Source: Verrucomicrobiota bacterium
GTDB lineage: Bacteria > Verrucomicrobiota > Verrucomicrobiia > Opitutales > Coraliomargaritaceae
NCBI GenBank assembly: GCA_039815375.1
Contig: JBCBZJ010000004.1
Location: forward strand, 192,920 to 256,919
Reading direction: 5' to 3'
DNA: 64,000 nucleotides
Below, one piece after another: positions 30,047-41,185 of this stretch; within the stretch, counting starts at the first letter, position 1, and the number at the start of each line of letters is the position of its first letter. Both the position numbers and the translations under genes were made by a program. Below the pieces are notes generated by a model. That model ran no database searches. It was not told the DNA's origin and saw only the letters and a list, made by a program, of their open reading frames with translations.

Positions 30047-31684
30047 ATGTTGGGCCTCAACATACGACGCGGTGATTGGGACGGATTTATCGCCGCTTTT
30101 ATCAATAATCTGGTTCAGTTGCTGATCGTCGCACCGCTCTGCCTCGGAGTCCTCGGCTTTTCCGCCGAGCTCGTCATCGGTCGAATCCTTCCCGGTATGG
30201 CGGTTTCCTTTTTAGTCGGAAATCTGTACTACGCCTACCTCACCAAGAAGCTGCAGCGAGAAAACGGACGAAATGACATCTGTGCCCTGCCCTACGGGAT
30301 CAGCACGCCGGCTGTGTTTGCCAACATCTTCCTCATCATGCTCCCAGCGAAGCTTATCGCTGAAGCCAACAATCTCCCGGATCCTGAGCTTACTGCCTGG
30401 CGTGCCGGGCTACTCGCTTGCTTCCTTGGTGGCTTGATCGAATGCGCGGGTGCCTTTTGCGCGGCTGGACTACGCAAACTCGTGCCGAGGGTCGCCTTAA
30501 TCAGCACGCTCGGCGGGGTGGGCCTCGGTTTTCTGGGTATGGCATTTCTCTTTCAACTCATGGAAGCGCCGCTAGCGGGCATACCGGTCTTCTTTCTGGG
30601 CATGGCGCTCCTAATCCGACCCTTCAAATTACCCATCTGGCTACCCGCAACAGCCATCATCCTTGTTGCGGGGACTACACTCGGCTGGCTCACTCAAGCG
30701 GCCCCGGTATCGACCTTGGGCCTCGCCCCGCTCTCGCAGATAAATCTACATTTACCGCTACCAAACCCGAGCGACTTAATTGCTTCGTTTCAGGGCACAG
30801 AGCTGGCAACGACCCTCAGCGTGGTGCTTCCGATTTCGCTGCTGGGCGTGATCGCCTCACTCCAAAATATTGAATCTGCAGCGGCTGCCGGAGATGCGTT
30901 TCCCGAGCGCCCGTGCCTCATCGTGAATGGGCTCGGGACGCTTGCAGCCTCCTTCTTCGGATCACCTTTCCCAACGTCGATTTACATCGGCCATCCGGCC
31001 TGGAAGAAAATGGGGGCAGGTTACCACTACTCCGTCCTCAACGGATTGGCTATCGCATTCGTCTGCCTGAGCGGGCTGCTCGCCACGATCGTCTGGGCGG
31101 TGCCAGTTGAAGCAGGTATCACCATCATTTTCTGGATCGGCCTGATCATCGTCGGCCAAGCCTTCGAAACGGCCGAGCCCGTGCACTATCCTGCTGCAAT
31201 CGTCGGCATGATGCCGGGTTTGGCTGCCTGGGTCATTGTCGTGGTGAATTCTCTTGTGGCGGGACTGGTTACAACCACGGACGGGCTAAAAGGTTTGCAG
31301 CCCGAGTATCTCAACCAGCAAGCCATATTCGGCAACTTCATCGCAGGTGGCATTTCATTGCAGCAGGGCTTCCTCCTAACGGCGATGATCTGGGCCACCA
31401 TTACCGTTTTCCTGATCGAACGGGATTTCTTAAAAGCAATCGGTTTTGCCCTCCTCGCCGCTTTCCTGTCAGCAGTCGGACTGATGCACGGCTACCGCCT
31501 GGAAAGCGGTGCGGCACTGGTTGAAATCCCTTTGCTCAACAAACTCAGCGGCATTCCTGACGGCAGGTGGATCGGTGCGCCTGCGGAATGCACCGGATAT
31601 CTGATTGCAGCAGCAATTTTCGGATTATTTTATGCTCTGAATCGCATAAAAGATGGACAAGCACAGCCCTCTTCTCAGGGATAG
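30047..31684 (+). CDS. NCS2/AzgA-related nucleobase permease
   Basis: GDWDGF, ALPYGIS, LQNIESA..AGD, YIGHP.WK..GA; many TM segments. Confidence 0.75.
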   Translation: MLGLNIRRGDWDGFIAAFINNLVQLLIVAPLCLGVLGFSAELVIGRILPGMAVSFLVGNLYYAYLTKKLQRENGRNDICALPYGISTPAVFANIFLIMLPAKLIAEANNLPDPELTAWRAGLLACFLGGLIECAGAFCAAGLRKLVPRVALISTLGGVGLGFLGMAFLFQLMEAPLAGIPVFFLGMALLIRPFKLPIWLPATAIILVAGTTLGWLTQAAPVSTLGLAPLSQINLHLPLPNPSDLIASFQGTELATTLSVVLPISLLGVIASLQNIESAAAAGDAFPERPCLIVNGLGTLAASFFGSPFPTSIYIGHPAWKKMGAGYHYSVLNGLAIAFVCLSGLLATIVWAVPVEAGITIIFWIGLIIVGQAFETAEPVHYPAAIVGMMPGLAAWVIVVVNSLVAGLVTTTDGLKGLQPEYLNQQAIFGNFIAGGISLQQGFLLTAMIWATITVFLIERDFLKAIGFALLAAFLSAVGLMHGYRLESGAALVEIPLLNKLSGIPDGRWIGAPAECTGYLIAAAIFGLFYALNRIKDGQAQPSSQG

Positions 31685-31692
31685 TGTTTGTT

Positions 31693-32295
31693 ATGATGAT
31701 TCGAAAAATACCCGATAATTTTAAGCGCGTTTACTCCAAAGAAGACATTGCCTACAGGGTATATAAGATGGCCGGGAACATCCGCCACTGGGTGACCGAG
31801 ACCGAGCAAGAAGATGGGCAGCAAATCCTCGCGATCTGCGTCCTTCGAGGCGGAGTTTTCTTTTTCGCGGACCTCCTCAAAGAGATCCCCTACACTGTCG
31901 AGCCATCCTTCTGCCGCGCGATGAGCTACTCTTCCGAAGACAACACACAGGGCAATGAATTTCGACTCGTGGTCGAACCTGCGGAAATGAAGGGTCGACG
32001 CGTTCTTTTGGTCGACGATATTTGCGACAGCGGCAAGACGCTCCGCAACCTCCACAACTACGCCCTCAAAAATGGTGCCAAAGAAGTCCGCACTGCGGTC
32101 TTGATCCATCGCCTTCACGAAGACTCCGTCTATACGCCAAATTACCTCGGCTTTGAGTATGAGGGGTCCGAGTGGTTCGCTGGCTATGGCATGGAGGACA
32201 AGAACCACAACTCCAATTTTCCCGAAGTCTACATCATCGAGGGTGAATCGGTCGATACCCCCGGCAAACCAACTGCAGCCACCACGGGTGCTTAG
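31693..32295 (+). CDS. hpt: hypoxanthine/purine phosphoribosyltransferase
   Basis: VLRGG..F..DL, SY loop, VLLVDDICDSGKTL, GYGME. Confidence 0.82.
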   Translation: MMIRKIPDNFKRVYSKEDIAYRVYKMAGNIRHWVTETEQEDGQQILAICVLRGGVFFFADLLKEIPYTVEPSFCRAMSYSSEDNTQGNEFRLVVEPAEMKGRRVLLVDDICDSGKTLRNLHNYALKNGAKEVRTAVLIHRLHEDSVYTPNYLGFEYEGSEWFAGYGMEDKNHNSNFPEVYIIEGESVDTPGKPTAATTGA

Positions 32296-32552
32296 GAGAC
32301 TGATAAGCTGGCCCGAAGCCAGCCTCTTCGTCATATTGCAGGACAGGCATTGTCCCATCAGCGGCTCAACAGTGAACTTATCCGTCAAAATACCGGAGTC
32401 ATAGAGCACATCGTTTAGAAAGGTTCTACCGACAATGGCAATCTTCGCTTTCGGCGGCTCAGTGACCAAAACAACGAGTGACGCACATCGCGAAGCAATC
32501 GATCGCCGCGTGACAAATCAGGCGGCAGAAGAGAAACCGAATCAAAAGGAAT

Positions 32553-32569
32553 CGGCACCCATTCTGCTT
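32553..32569 (+). promoter_or_regulatory. sigma54-type promoter of the LOG-dioxygenase operon
   Basis: CGGCACCCATTCTGCTT, GG-N10-GC. Confidence 0.65.
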
Positions 32570-32621
32570 AAGTGAAAGTCTCTCTCTTAAGCCACCCGTA
32601 TCCGTATTTTTTATCTCTGGT

Positions 32622-33206
32622 ATGATTGAATCACTCTGCGTCTATTGCGGGTCGAGCAGGGGCACAAATCCTGAGCTCGAAATGCAAGCTGCCGCCTTCG
32701 GCAAGCTTCTCGCCGAAAAGCAGATACGTATGATCTACGGTGGAGGCAATGTCGGCTTAATGGGGGCCGTGGCAAACGGGGCACTCGAAGAAGGTGGCGA
32801 GGTCATCGGCATTATCACAGAACAACTTAATGAAATGGAAGTCGGACACCTTGATCTGGCGCAGCTTGAAGTCGTCAAGACGATGCACGATCGAAAGAAG
32901 CGAATGGCAAGTCTAGCCGATGGCTTTGTCGCGCTGCCCGGAGGAATCGGCACACTCGAAGAGATTTTTGAAGTCCTGACCTGGACGCAGCTCGGCATTC
33001 ATCCAAAGCCCTGTAGCCTCTACAACATTTCGGGATTTTACGATCCACTGCTGGACTTCATCGATCACCTCGTCGCAACCGGTTTCGTGAAGCAAGCGCA
33101 TGCAGACAAACTAATCGTGGAAAGCGATTCCAAGTGCCTCATTACACGCCTGCAAAATTACCGGCATCAAACTATCAGCAAGCTCACTGGCGCGGTGATC
33201 GAGTAA
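32622..33206 (+). CDS. LOG-family nucleotide phosphoribohydrolase (TIGR00730)
   Basis: VYCGS, YGGG..GLMG, MHDRK, PGGIGTLEE. Confidence 0.93.
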   Translation: MIESLCVYCGSSRGTNPELEMQAAAFGKLLAEKQIRMIYGGGNVGLMGAVANGALEEGGEVIGIITEQLNEMEVGHLDLAQLEVVKTMHDRKKRMASLADGFVALPGGIGTLEEIFEVLTWTQLGIHPKPCSLYNISGFYDPLLDFIDHLVATGFVKQAHADKLIVESDSKCLITRLQNYRHQTISKLTGAVIE

Positions 33207-33213
33207 ACGCATC

Positions 33214-34131
33214 ATGAATGAATCAAAAGCTATTCCAATCGTCGACATGGGCCCTTATCTCGAGGGCACATCCGGAGGCCGCGAACAAGTCGCCCGGGAA
33301 ATCTACAATGCCGCGCACAATGTCGGTTTCACCTACCTGAAGAACTTCGGTATGTCGGAAGATATGCTCGAAGCTGGCTTCGCGGTGGCCCATTCACTTT
33401 TCAACAGCGACGAGAAATTGAAGGTGCCCTTCAATCCTGAGATCAATCACGGCTACACTGGCATGAAAGGCGAAGCACTCGACCCGAGCAAGCCTGCCGA
33501 CCTCAAGGAAACCTTCACCTGCCGTGACTTGAGTCGCAAACCAAGCGGAGCAGACTACTGGCCCAACCCACAGTTTGAAGCCTTCATGCGCGTCTTCTAC
33601 GGACGCGTTGTTAAAATCGCATCCGACGTTATGGGTGCCTTTGAGCTCGCACTCGGCTTGCCCTCAGGCTACTTCGACGAACGTCATACCGGCCTGACTC
33701 AGACCCTCCGGCTGCTTCACTATCCGCCAGCCGAAGAAGTCGTCGAAGGTCAACTTGGCGCAGGTGCTCATACAGACTACGGCACAATTACCGTCCTCTT
33801 TCAGGATCAAGCCGGTGGCCTTCAAGTGCAAGGCCTCAACGGCGAGTGGATCGATGCGCCACCTGTACCCGGCACGGTTGTGATCAATACCGGCGACCTT
33901 ATCTCCCGCTGGAGCAATGATTTCTTTAAGTCTACACCACACCGTGTCGTCCCGCGCCCCGCAGCGATGAGAAAGGGACGCCAGTCGATTGCTTTCTTCA
34001 GCGACCCAGACCCGGAAGTCATGATCGAGACCTTCCCGAGCTGCATTACCGAAGAAGCACCTGCTAAATACAAGCCAATCAGCGCTGGCGAATATATCCG
34101 TGAGCGCATCATGGCCTCACAGGCAAAGTAG
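33214..34131 (+). CDS. isopenicillin-N-synthase-like 2OG-Fe(II) dioxygenase
   Basis: LRLLHYP, HTD...H facial triad, NTGD, STPHRV, RQS. Confidence 0.92.
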   Translation: MNESKAIPIVDMGPYLEGTSGGREQVAREIYNAAHNVGFTYLKNFGMSEDMLEAGFAVAHSLFNSDEKLKVPFNPEINHGYTGMKGEALDPSKPADLKETFTCRDLSRKPSGADYWPNPQFEAFMRVFYGRVVKIASDVMGAFELALGLPSGYFDERHTGLTQTLRLLHYPPAEEVVEGQLGAGAHTDYGTITVLFQDQAGGLQVQGLNGEWIDAPPVPGTVVINTGDLISRWSNDFFKSTPHRVVPRPAAMRKGRQSIAFFSDPDPEVMIETFPSCITEEAPAKYKPISAGEYIRERIMASQAK

Positions 34132-34239
34132 TCTAGCCTTTCAAGAGAGTCATTTCATGAAGTAAAGCATCCGAGTTTTGTATTGTTTTCAAACTAACGA
34201 GTAGTTAGCTCGGTATTTTGAATACTTAAATCTAAACGT

Positions 34240-35496
34240 ATGTGGACTCTTACCAGTATCTCCTATGGGAGCTGTGCCGTTGATCGCTTTTATAACTGCG
34301 ACGGTAAGCCGCTCTTTAACTACACGCGCGGCGGCCTAAATAGCCCCAAAAGTCGGATCATGATTTCCGGATTCGGTTATATCGATATCCTCGACAACGT
34401 TACTCTGAACGAAACAAAATCAGAATACGAGGGCTTGATGATAGTTGTTAACGGTCTGAGCATTTGCTACGAGGTTGAGGCTTCCATCAGCTTTGTAGTC
34501 AATGAGGACGGAAGCTTCGCATTGACCGTAAACGACAGCCCTTATTCGGGCTCTGTCCACCGGCTTCCGAAATTAGAGGGCAAAACAGTCAATGCCTTCG
34601 ATCAAATGATAAGCAAAGGGATTGTCCCCTACCTTGATCCACCTCCACCCTGTGTTCAAAAGACAACCAAAGAGCTTCAGGCGCTTGCAGCGGCGAATTT
34701 TCCCAGCGACCCCTTAGGCTTTCAGAAAGCAATGTCGCTTTATGACTGGACCTCAGCCAGCTTCATCCGGCAGGATTTATTCAATCAACTTCAGTATACA
34801 AGCTTGGACGGCCATCCCCTCGACCTGAAGACAATGGCGCGCGTCATCTGGGGCTGTAACTACCCTGGCTACACTCATGAAGACGCCAATTTCATGAACA
34901 TGTTTGGCCTGACGCCACCAAGCAACGAAGCATCACTCTACCAAAGCCTTCAACGAATCTGGCCCGACCTGAAACCGCTGGCGATCGCTGAAATGTTGAT
35001 CTATACACAAGCCATACTGGATCTGCCATGGCCAACCGTTAAGGAATACCCGAAACTCTATCGCGGTGCGATGTCGATGTCGGGTGGCTACAACACCAGC
35101 GATTTCTCGCCGAGCATGTTCGAGTTCCCCGGCAATGCAGGCCCGATTGATCAACCCCTCGTGCAGAGCCTTGACGATGCTTTAAAGGGAATCCTGGCGC
35201 CAGGCTCGATCATCACCACCAAAGGCCCATGGAGCTTTTCCAACGATAAAGCCGGCGCTGAGGTTTGGCAGAATGGCATTCTTGTTACCTTGAATCCACC
35301 CCAAGGTGCAACTCACTGGCCGGGCTGCGCGGATATCACAACTTTCTCTATCAATCCCGGCACCTTTGAAATCGATATGCCACCGCCCTGCCGTTATCAT
35401 GTCGACTCTTACGAGTGGATCACCATCAAGGAAAAACCAGTCTGCCATATCACAATGACTCTACTCGGTTATTGCGCCGAACCTATGATTGACTAA
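34240..35496 (+). CDS. putative ADP-ribosyltransferase-fold protein (R-S-E clade)
   Basis: LYRG (R275), KGPWSFS (S332), FEIDMPP (E377) in canonical order with ART-like flanks. Confidence 0.65.
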   Translation: MWTLTSISYGSCAVDRFYNCDGKPLFNYTRGGLNSPKSRIMISGFGYIDILDNVTLNETKSEYEGLMIVVNGLSICYEVEASISFVVNEDGSFALTVNDSPYSGSVHRLPKLEGKTVNAFDQMISKGIVPYLDPPPPCVQKTTKELQALAAANFPSDPLGFQKAMSLYDWTSASFIRQDLFNQLQYTSLDGHPLDLKTMARVIWGCNYPGYTHEDANFMNMFGLTPPSNEASLYQSLQRIWPDLKPLAIAEMLIYTQAILDLPWPTVKEYPKLYRGAMSMSGGYNTSDFSPSMFEFPGNAGPIDQPLVQSLDDALKGILAPGSIITTKGPWSFSNDKAGAEVWQNGILVTLNPPQGATHWPGCADITTFSINPGTFEIDMPPPCRYHVDSYEWITIKEKPVCHITMTLLGYCAEPMID

Positions 35497-35543
35497 ACGG
35501 AAACTCGCAAAACGTTAGGTGACATGCGCCGCTCGGTGCGACT

Positions 35544-36656
35544 ATGGAAACCAACATAAAGATCCTTGTGACTGATGACGAACCGGAGAACCTGCGAATC
35601 GTCGGACAGACCTTAAAGCGGGACGGCTTGCAGTTTATCTTTGCAACGAATGGGAAAGATGCGATCGAAGCTGCAATAAATGAACAGCCCAGCCTCATCC
35701 TGCTAGACATCATGATGCCTGCAATGGACGGCATCGAAACCTGCCGTCGGCTAAAGAGCCAACAGAAGACTTCAGATATTCCGGTTATTTTCCTAAGTGC
35801 GAAATCGCAGAACCAAGATATCCTCGAAGGCTTCGGTGCCGGTGGAGTTGACTATATTACTAAACCATTTTTCCGGGAAGAGCTTCTCTCGAGAATTCAC
35901 ACCCACCTGAAGCTCTACAATGCCAACCAGCAACTCAATGCCTTGATTGAGCAGAAGCGAGAACTCCTTGCAATGCTTGCTCACGATGTAAAGAACCCAT
36001 CCGGTGCAATTACGAAACTTGCAGAAGCACTTATTGAGGACATTGAAAACAAGCAATTTGATGCAGATGAATTCGAGTCCTGCCTCTCGATCATAAAGTC
36101 AGCTTCCGAAGACTTGACTCTGCTGGTCAGCGAAATCCTCGACGAAGAAGCAAACGAAGACGACGGCATACCATTGGATCCGGACATCTCGGTCGATGTG
36201 GTCGACATTATTCGGCACATTGTTGATCTGAATAGCGTTTATGCTGCTGAGAAGTCGATTCGCATTCAAATAGAGGGACCGAGCAAACTCCCGACAAAAG
36301 CCAGCCGACGTATTCTTACAGAAATCTTCGATAATTTGATCAATAATGCGGTCAAATACTCGCCTCCTAATTCGGATGTCACAGTTCGACTAACGAAATC
36401 AAATCAACGCGCCATCGGCTTTCGCTTCGAAGTGGATGACTCGGCAGACCTGATACCGGCAGCTAAACGTGAGGCGCTTTTTGGTCGATTCGTTTCTGAA
36501 AATCAGGATACCCAAAAAGATCTCGTCTGTTCCCATGGCTTAGGTCTATCGATCGTCAAACGCCTAGTTCAAATTGTAGATGGAGCCGTCGGAATTGATA
36601 CGCGTGCAAATGGCTTAGGAAATCAATTCTACGTTGAAATACCACTTGCAAACTGA
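35544..36656 (+). CDS. hybrid receiver-histidine kinase
   Basis: REC (DDE, LLDIMMP, KPF), H box AHDVKNP, N box NLINNAVKY, GLGL; G1 box degenerate. Confidence 0.9.
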   Translation: METNIKILVTDDEPENLRIVGQTLKRDGLQFIFATNGKDAIEAAINEQPSLILLDIMMPAMDGIETCRRLKSQQKTSDIPVIFLSAKSQNQDILEGFGAGGVDYITKPFFREELLSRIHTHLKLYNANQQLNALIEQKRELLAMLAHDVKNPSGAITKLAEALIEDIENKQFDADEFESCLSIIKSASEDLTLLVSEILDEEANEDDGIPLDPDISVDVVDIIRHIVDLNSVYAAEKSIRIQIEGPSKLPTKASRRILTEIFDNLINNAVKYSPPNSDVTVRLTKSNQRAIGFRFEVDDSADLIPAAKREALFGRFVSENQDTQKDLVCSHGLGLSIVKRLVQIVDGAVGIDTRANGLGNQFYVEIPLAN

Positions 36657-36693
36657 TTGATGCGGAGCTCACCAAGTCTCATTCTCTGAACCA

Positions 36694-39600
36694 GTGATGC
36701 ACCTTCGAGTTTTCGCCAGCACAATTGCTTTCTCGGTAGTCGCGTCTCCAGCGGCGGCGACCGTGCAAAAAGAGGATGATATCCGGCCACTCAGCGACTA
36801 CATCGTCCAGACGCTCACCACAGAAGATGGACTCCCTCTAAACCAGTTGAATTATCTTACGGTCTCGCAAGAAGGTTTTGTCTGGATCGCTTCCTTCGAA
36901 GGTTTGCTCCGCTACGACGGTAACGCCTTCAAGCAAATATCTCATACGACCTACCCAGAACTGAAAGGGGGCGCTTTTGATCTGAAGGTAGACCATGAGA
37001 ATATCATATGGGGATTCGATACCAACTATCGGAAGCTCTATGCCTATAAAGATGGTGCGTTGGAAACATGGGAAACAAGCAACTACACGAGTGTCGTTGA
37101 CTACACGCTCTTTGAAGCATGGGACGGTAAGATTGTCTTTCTGGGCAAGGACAGTTTTTACCACATCAAGAATGGCGCGATTGAGAAATACAACGTCTCA
37201 GGCATTGAAGATCTCCAGATATACGATGCGCTGTTTGCAAAAAACGGACTTCTCTGGATCGCCGATTATCGAGGGGGCCTCTATCGAATCAATTCAGACG
37301 GCACGCGCGAATTGATTGATTTAACGCAGTATGGATCTGGCTCACGTCGCGTTTCGCGACTCGCAGAGGGCCCAAATTCAGAAGTTTGGGCAGTCACAGT
37401 CGATAACGAAGTTGCCCACATGTCAGCGGGGACTTGGACCGTTTATACGAATTCAATGCTCAGCCGCAGTGGGCAGACCCGCGGCATCTTTGGTGAAGAA
37501 AGCGGCGCACTCTGGATGGGCACTGAAGCGGGTATTTACCGCCTTTCCGGTGGTCGATTCGACCAGGTCGTCGAGATCGGCCAAGTCGCACCAGACCACG
37601 TCTTTTCAATCGCAAAAACCCCGGAAGGCGCACTCGTCTATTCGACCATGAACAATGGTCTCAAGCTATTACACCAGGGCTCTTTCGAGACCTACTCACC
37701 TCGCAATGGCCTTAAACCTGGAATTGCTCGCTGTGTCGTAGCAGATCCTTCCGGCGGCCAGCTGGTGGGAACAACTGTCGGATTGAACTTCATACTGAAT
37801 GGTCAGGTAATCGATAAATTTCCCATGCTTGATGGACTCGATATCACCGATGTCGCACCAGCTGATGAAGATGAGTATTTCTTCTCCACCTATGGCCAGG
37901 GTCTCTACCACCTTAAAGACGGGGCGCTACAGCAATTCCGCCAAGAAGCGGGCCTTCCTTCAGATACAATCTACCGCCTGCACCTAGAAAAATCCGGCAG
38001 GCTCTGGTTAGCCACTTACAGCGGTATCGCCTACTATGAAGACGGGGTTTTCACAAAAGTCCCACTGACCGGGGAACTGGATGCGCCTGTGATCATTTCG
38101 ATGTTCAATGATTCGAAAGATACGCTTTGGTTTTCGGTCGCTTCGGGTGGACTCTTTTCACTCCGCAATGGAAAACTAGTCAGCCATGTTGAAGGAACCA
38201 CGCTCGAAAACACCACGGTATTCCACTTAAGTGAAGACGAACAGGGAAAGATCTGGGGCGGTTACAGCGGCGGCATACTAAAAGTCGATAATGGAGAAAT
38301 TACCAGTTACAGCGTCGATGGTATTCTCCCGAGCGTAAATATTTTCCATGTCTGGAACGACAACAGCGGGTCAATCTGGCTAACTACGAACATGGGCATT
38401 TACCAAATCGATATCGACGAGTTCAGCGGTGAGATGCTGTCACCGGACTTCAGCTACCGCCAATACCTCGAGAACGATGGACTACCGGGGAACAATGCAA
38501 CCGCGCTATCGCGGATTCTTGTTTCTTCCGAAGCCGTGTGGATCACCTTCAGTCGAGGTATCGCCGTGCTACACTACGACTCTTTTCAGCCCAACAACTA
38601 CCTACCCCAGGTCTTCATTAGTCAGATTATTGGAAGCAGTAACCTGATTTCAGATACACCGCTTGAATACGACGCGGGCACAATCTTCGAACCCGGACTA
38701 AAGCAACTACGGATTCGCTACACAGCGCCGCGCTTTCAAGCGAATCGGCGTCTACAGTTCCGCACTCGCTTGCTGGGCTTTGATGACTGGGAAATGACTA
38801 GCCGCCGAGAGGCAATCTACACCAATCTTTCGCCGGGAGACTATACCTTCGAGGTCGAGATGCTTGGTATCCAAAACGGCGAGCCGGGAGAGAGTCGGGC
38901 GAGTTTCAGCTTTTCGGTGAAACCTTATTTCTACCAGACCGTCTATTTCTACATTCTTGCTGCGCTCGGCTTTCTCCTGATCGGCTATTTAACAAACTTC
39001 CTACGCCTTCGTGCACTTCGAAGGCAGCGTGAAAAACTTGAGGAAAAAGTCGCTGACCGAACGGTTAAAATTCAGCGCCAGAGCCTCGAGCTCTCTAAAG
39101 CAAAAGATCAGGCCGAGGCTGCTAATCGAGCAAAAAGCGAGTTTATCGCCAACATTAGCCACGAGATTCGAACACCCATGAACTCGATTCTGGGTTTTAC
39201 TGAAATCCTCTCGGACGAAGTCAAAGACGAGGAGTTGAAGAGCTACATTGAAATCATCTCCACGTCAGGAAATACCCTGCTCACACTGATTAACGACCTC
39301 CTTGATATCTCAAAAATCGAGGCTAATAAATTGGTGCTCAACGCCCAGCCAACAAATCTGGTCGAGCTCTGCCAAAAGGCATTGAAGCTTTTTCAGCCCG
39401 CGCTGAACAACAAAGGGATCTTCATAGAATTTAAAACAATCGGGAGTATTCCTGAATACGTATTAATTGATCAGGCGCGGTTCAGACAGGTGCTTATCAA
39501 CCTTGTCGGCAACGCAATCAAGTTCACCGAAGCGGGTGGCATTCGCGTTGAGCTCGAAGCCGGGCTGCAAAATACAACATCGGTCCATATAGACCTGAGA

Positions 39601-40194
39601 GTTGCAGATTCGGGAATCGGCATACCAGAGGAAAGTCTCGACCGTATATTTGAGGCCTTCGAGCAAGCGCATCGCATGAACCCGAAGTCAGGAGTCGGAA
39701 GCGGTCTTGGGCTTTCCATCGTTAAGCGGCTGACAGAGCTAATGGGAGGTAAGATCGCAGTGGAGAGCAAGGTTGATCAGGGCACGACCTTTACGGTCTC
39801 CCTTCCGACGCTACCAATTGCACAGCCACCCACGGAGAAACCGGACGCGAAAAATACCTTGGACACATCCCCGATTACAGCAGCGCCTGCTAGAGCAACG
39901 CAGCTTAACGCCAACCAGCTGTTCGGGATATTGACCGACAAAGGAGTCGAGGCACAAACACGCAACGAGCTTTACAGCATCTTTGAAGATCAACTGGTAC
40001 CCAGTTTGAAGCTCATGGATATAGAGAAACTCAAGCTTGCAACGAATAGAATTCGTAAAATCAATCGAGAGATTAAGGCGGATCTCCTCGACAAGTTGGT
40101 CATAGAGGTCAGGGACTGCATCAAAGAACTATCCATCGAAAGAAATCGACAACTGCGTGACCGCCTGGTCGACGCTGTCGACAGGTTGAAGTAG
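36694..40194 (+). CDS. beta-propeller/Y_Y_Y membrane sensor histidine kinase
   Basis: Signal peptide, repeated D..G.LW and GLP motifs, [33 protein letters not shown]. Confidence 0.92.
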   Translation: MMHLRVFASTIAFSVVASPAAATVQKEDDIRPLSDYIVQTLTTEDGLPLNQLNYLTVSQEGFVWIASFEGLLRYDGNAFKQISHTTYPELKGGAFDLKVDHENIIWGFDTNYRKLYAYKDGALETWETSNYTSVVDYTLFEAWDGKIVFLGKDSFYHIKNGAIEKYNVSGIEDLQIYDALFAKNGLLWIADYRGGLYRINSDGTRELIDLTQYGSGSRRVSRLAEGPNSEVWAVTVDNEVAHMSAGTWTVYTNSMLSRSGQTRGIFGEESGALWMGTEAGIYRLSGGRFDQVVEIGQVAPDHVFSIAKTPEGALVYSTMNNGLKLLHQGSFETYSPRNGLKPGIARCVVADPSGGQLVGTTVGLNFILNGQVIDKFPMLDGLDITDVAPADEDEYFFSTYGQGLYHLKDGALQQFRQEAGLPSDTIYRLHLEKSGRLWLATYSGIAYYEDGVFTKVPLTGELDAPVIISMFNDSKDTLWFSVASGGLFSLRNGKLVSHVEGTTLENTTVFHLSEDEQGKIWGGYSGGILKVDNGEITSYSVDGILPSVNIFHVWNDNSGSIWLTTNMGIYQIDIDEFSGEMLSPDFSYRQYLENDGLPGNNATALSRILVSSEAVWITFSRGIAVLHYDSFQPNNYLPQVFISQIIGSSNLISDTPLEYDAGTIFEPGLKQLRIRYTAPRFQANRRLQFRTRLLGFDDWEMTSRREAIYTNLSPGDYTFEVEMLGIQNGEPGESRASFSFSVKPYFYQTVYFYILAALGFLLIGYLTNFLRLRALRRQREKLEEKVADRTVKIQRQSLELSKAKDQAEAANRAKSEFIANISHEIRTPMNSILGFTEILSDEVKDEELKSYIEIISTSGNTLLTLINDLLDISKIEANKLVLNAQPTNLVELCQKALKLFQPALNNKGIFIEFKTIGSIPEYVLIDQARFRQVLINLVGNAIKFTEAGGIRVELEAGLQNTTSVHIDLRVADSGIGIPEESLDRIFEAFEQAHRMNPKSGVGSGLGLSIVKRLTELMGGKIAVESKVDQGTTFTVSLPTLPIAQPPTEKPDAKNTLDTSPITAAPARATQLNANQLFGILTDKGVEAQTRNELYSIFEDQLVPSLKLMDIEKLKLATNRIRKINREIKADLLDKLVIEVRDCIKELSIERNRQLRDRLVDAVDRLK

Positions 40195-40198
40195 GAGC

Positions 40199-41158
40199 CT
40201 ATTCAGCGGGCAGTTCTTTAACCAGCCACTCTGCTGCGTAAGGCATCGGTTGAAAGGTGCTCAAATCAAAAACCGCTCCGTGGTCGCCGTCTGCCAGAGA
40301 GTGGAACTCATGTGGAATGGATAGCTCCTCGAGCTTACTGGCTAAAGCAACGGATTGCTCGACACTGATAACGTCGTCATCCGCACAATGGATGACGAGC
40401 ATGGGCGGATCTGATTCATCTAAGTGATAAACCGGAGAGGCCTGCATGAACGCCTTATAGACTTGGTGACCCGGCGGCTGGTAACTGATGACCTGACCGA
40501 CATATCCAGAGAGCATAGTTGTTATACTTGGGCGCTCTTTCATTGCTGACAACAAATCATGCACACCTGAAACAGGCACCACAGCCTGAAAACGGCTACT
40601 CTCACGATCCACTCGGTCGATCGAATATGGATCCATAACATCATCGAGCGCGGCAGCTAAAGCGACAAGGCTGCCACCGGAAGAATGTCCCATACCTGCA
40701 ATCCAATCCGAAGAAACACCATAGGCAGCTGAATTAGATCGAATGAACTGAACCGCTCGCTGCACATCACGAACTTGGTCCTGCCAGTGATTCTTTGGTG
40801 CAAGGCGATGGTTAATTGAGAAGACTGTGAACCCGGCTTCAACCGCAGGCGCGAAAATCTGACGCTTTTCGCCCATTAGATTCTCAAACACTCCATTCTT
40901 CAACAACCATCGATCCAACTCTTTGAGCGGCAGGTCGTCATAACCACCATACGCCGTAAACCCAGTGCCCATGACAAAGACCAAAGCATAGCCGTTTGGC
41001 TCTTTCGGTTCGTAAATATCCATCAGAAGCGCAGTGCCGTGATCCATCCCGTAGATGACATTCACTTCATTAGGTTTAAGAAAATCCAGCTCTTTGGCCG
41101 GGGCACTGAGTGAGGAAAAGAGAAGGGTGAAAACTAAAATATAATATCGGCCAGACAT
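40199..41158 (-). CDS. secreted alpha/beta hydrolase (BD-FAE/esterase-like)
   Basis: Signal peptide, GHSSGG, H..DD.V, GDHG; start uncertain. Confidence 0.85.
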   Translation of the reverse strand: MSGRYYILVFTLLFSSLSAPAKELDFLKPNEVNVIYGMDHGTALLMDIYEPKEPNGYALVFVMGTGFTAYGGYDDLPLKELDRWLLKNGVFENLMGEKRQIFAPAVEAGFTVFSINHRLAPKNHWQDQVRDVQRAVQFIRSNSAAYGVSSDWIAGMGHSSGGSLVALAAALDDVMDPYSIDRVDRESSRFQAVVPVSGVHDLLSAMKERPSITTMLSGYVGQVISYQPPGHQVYKAFMQASPVYHLDESDPPMLVIHCADDDVISVEQSVALASKLEELSIPHEFHSLADGDHGAVFDLSTFQPMPYAAEWLVKELPAE

Positions 41159-41185
41159 GCTTTGACCAAGCACTTGGAATGCCAA

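Noticed and set aside
31675..32469. 264-aa minus-strand ORF
   Set aside because: Antisense shadow of hpt; weak start and no motifs
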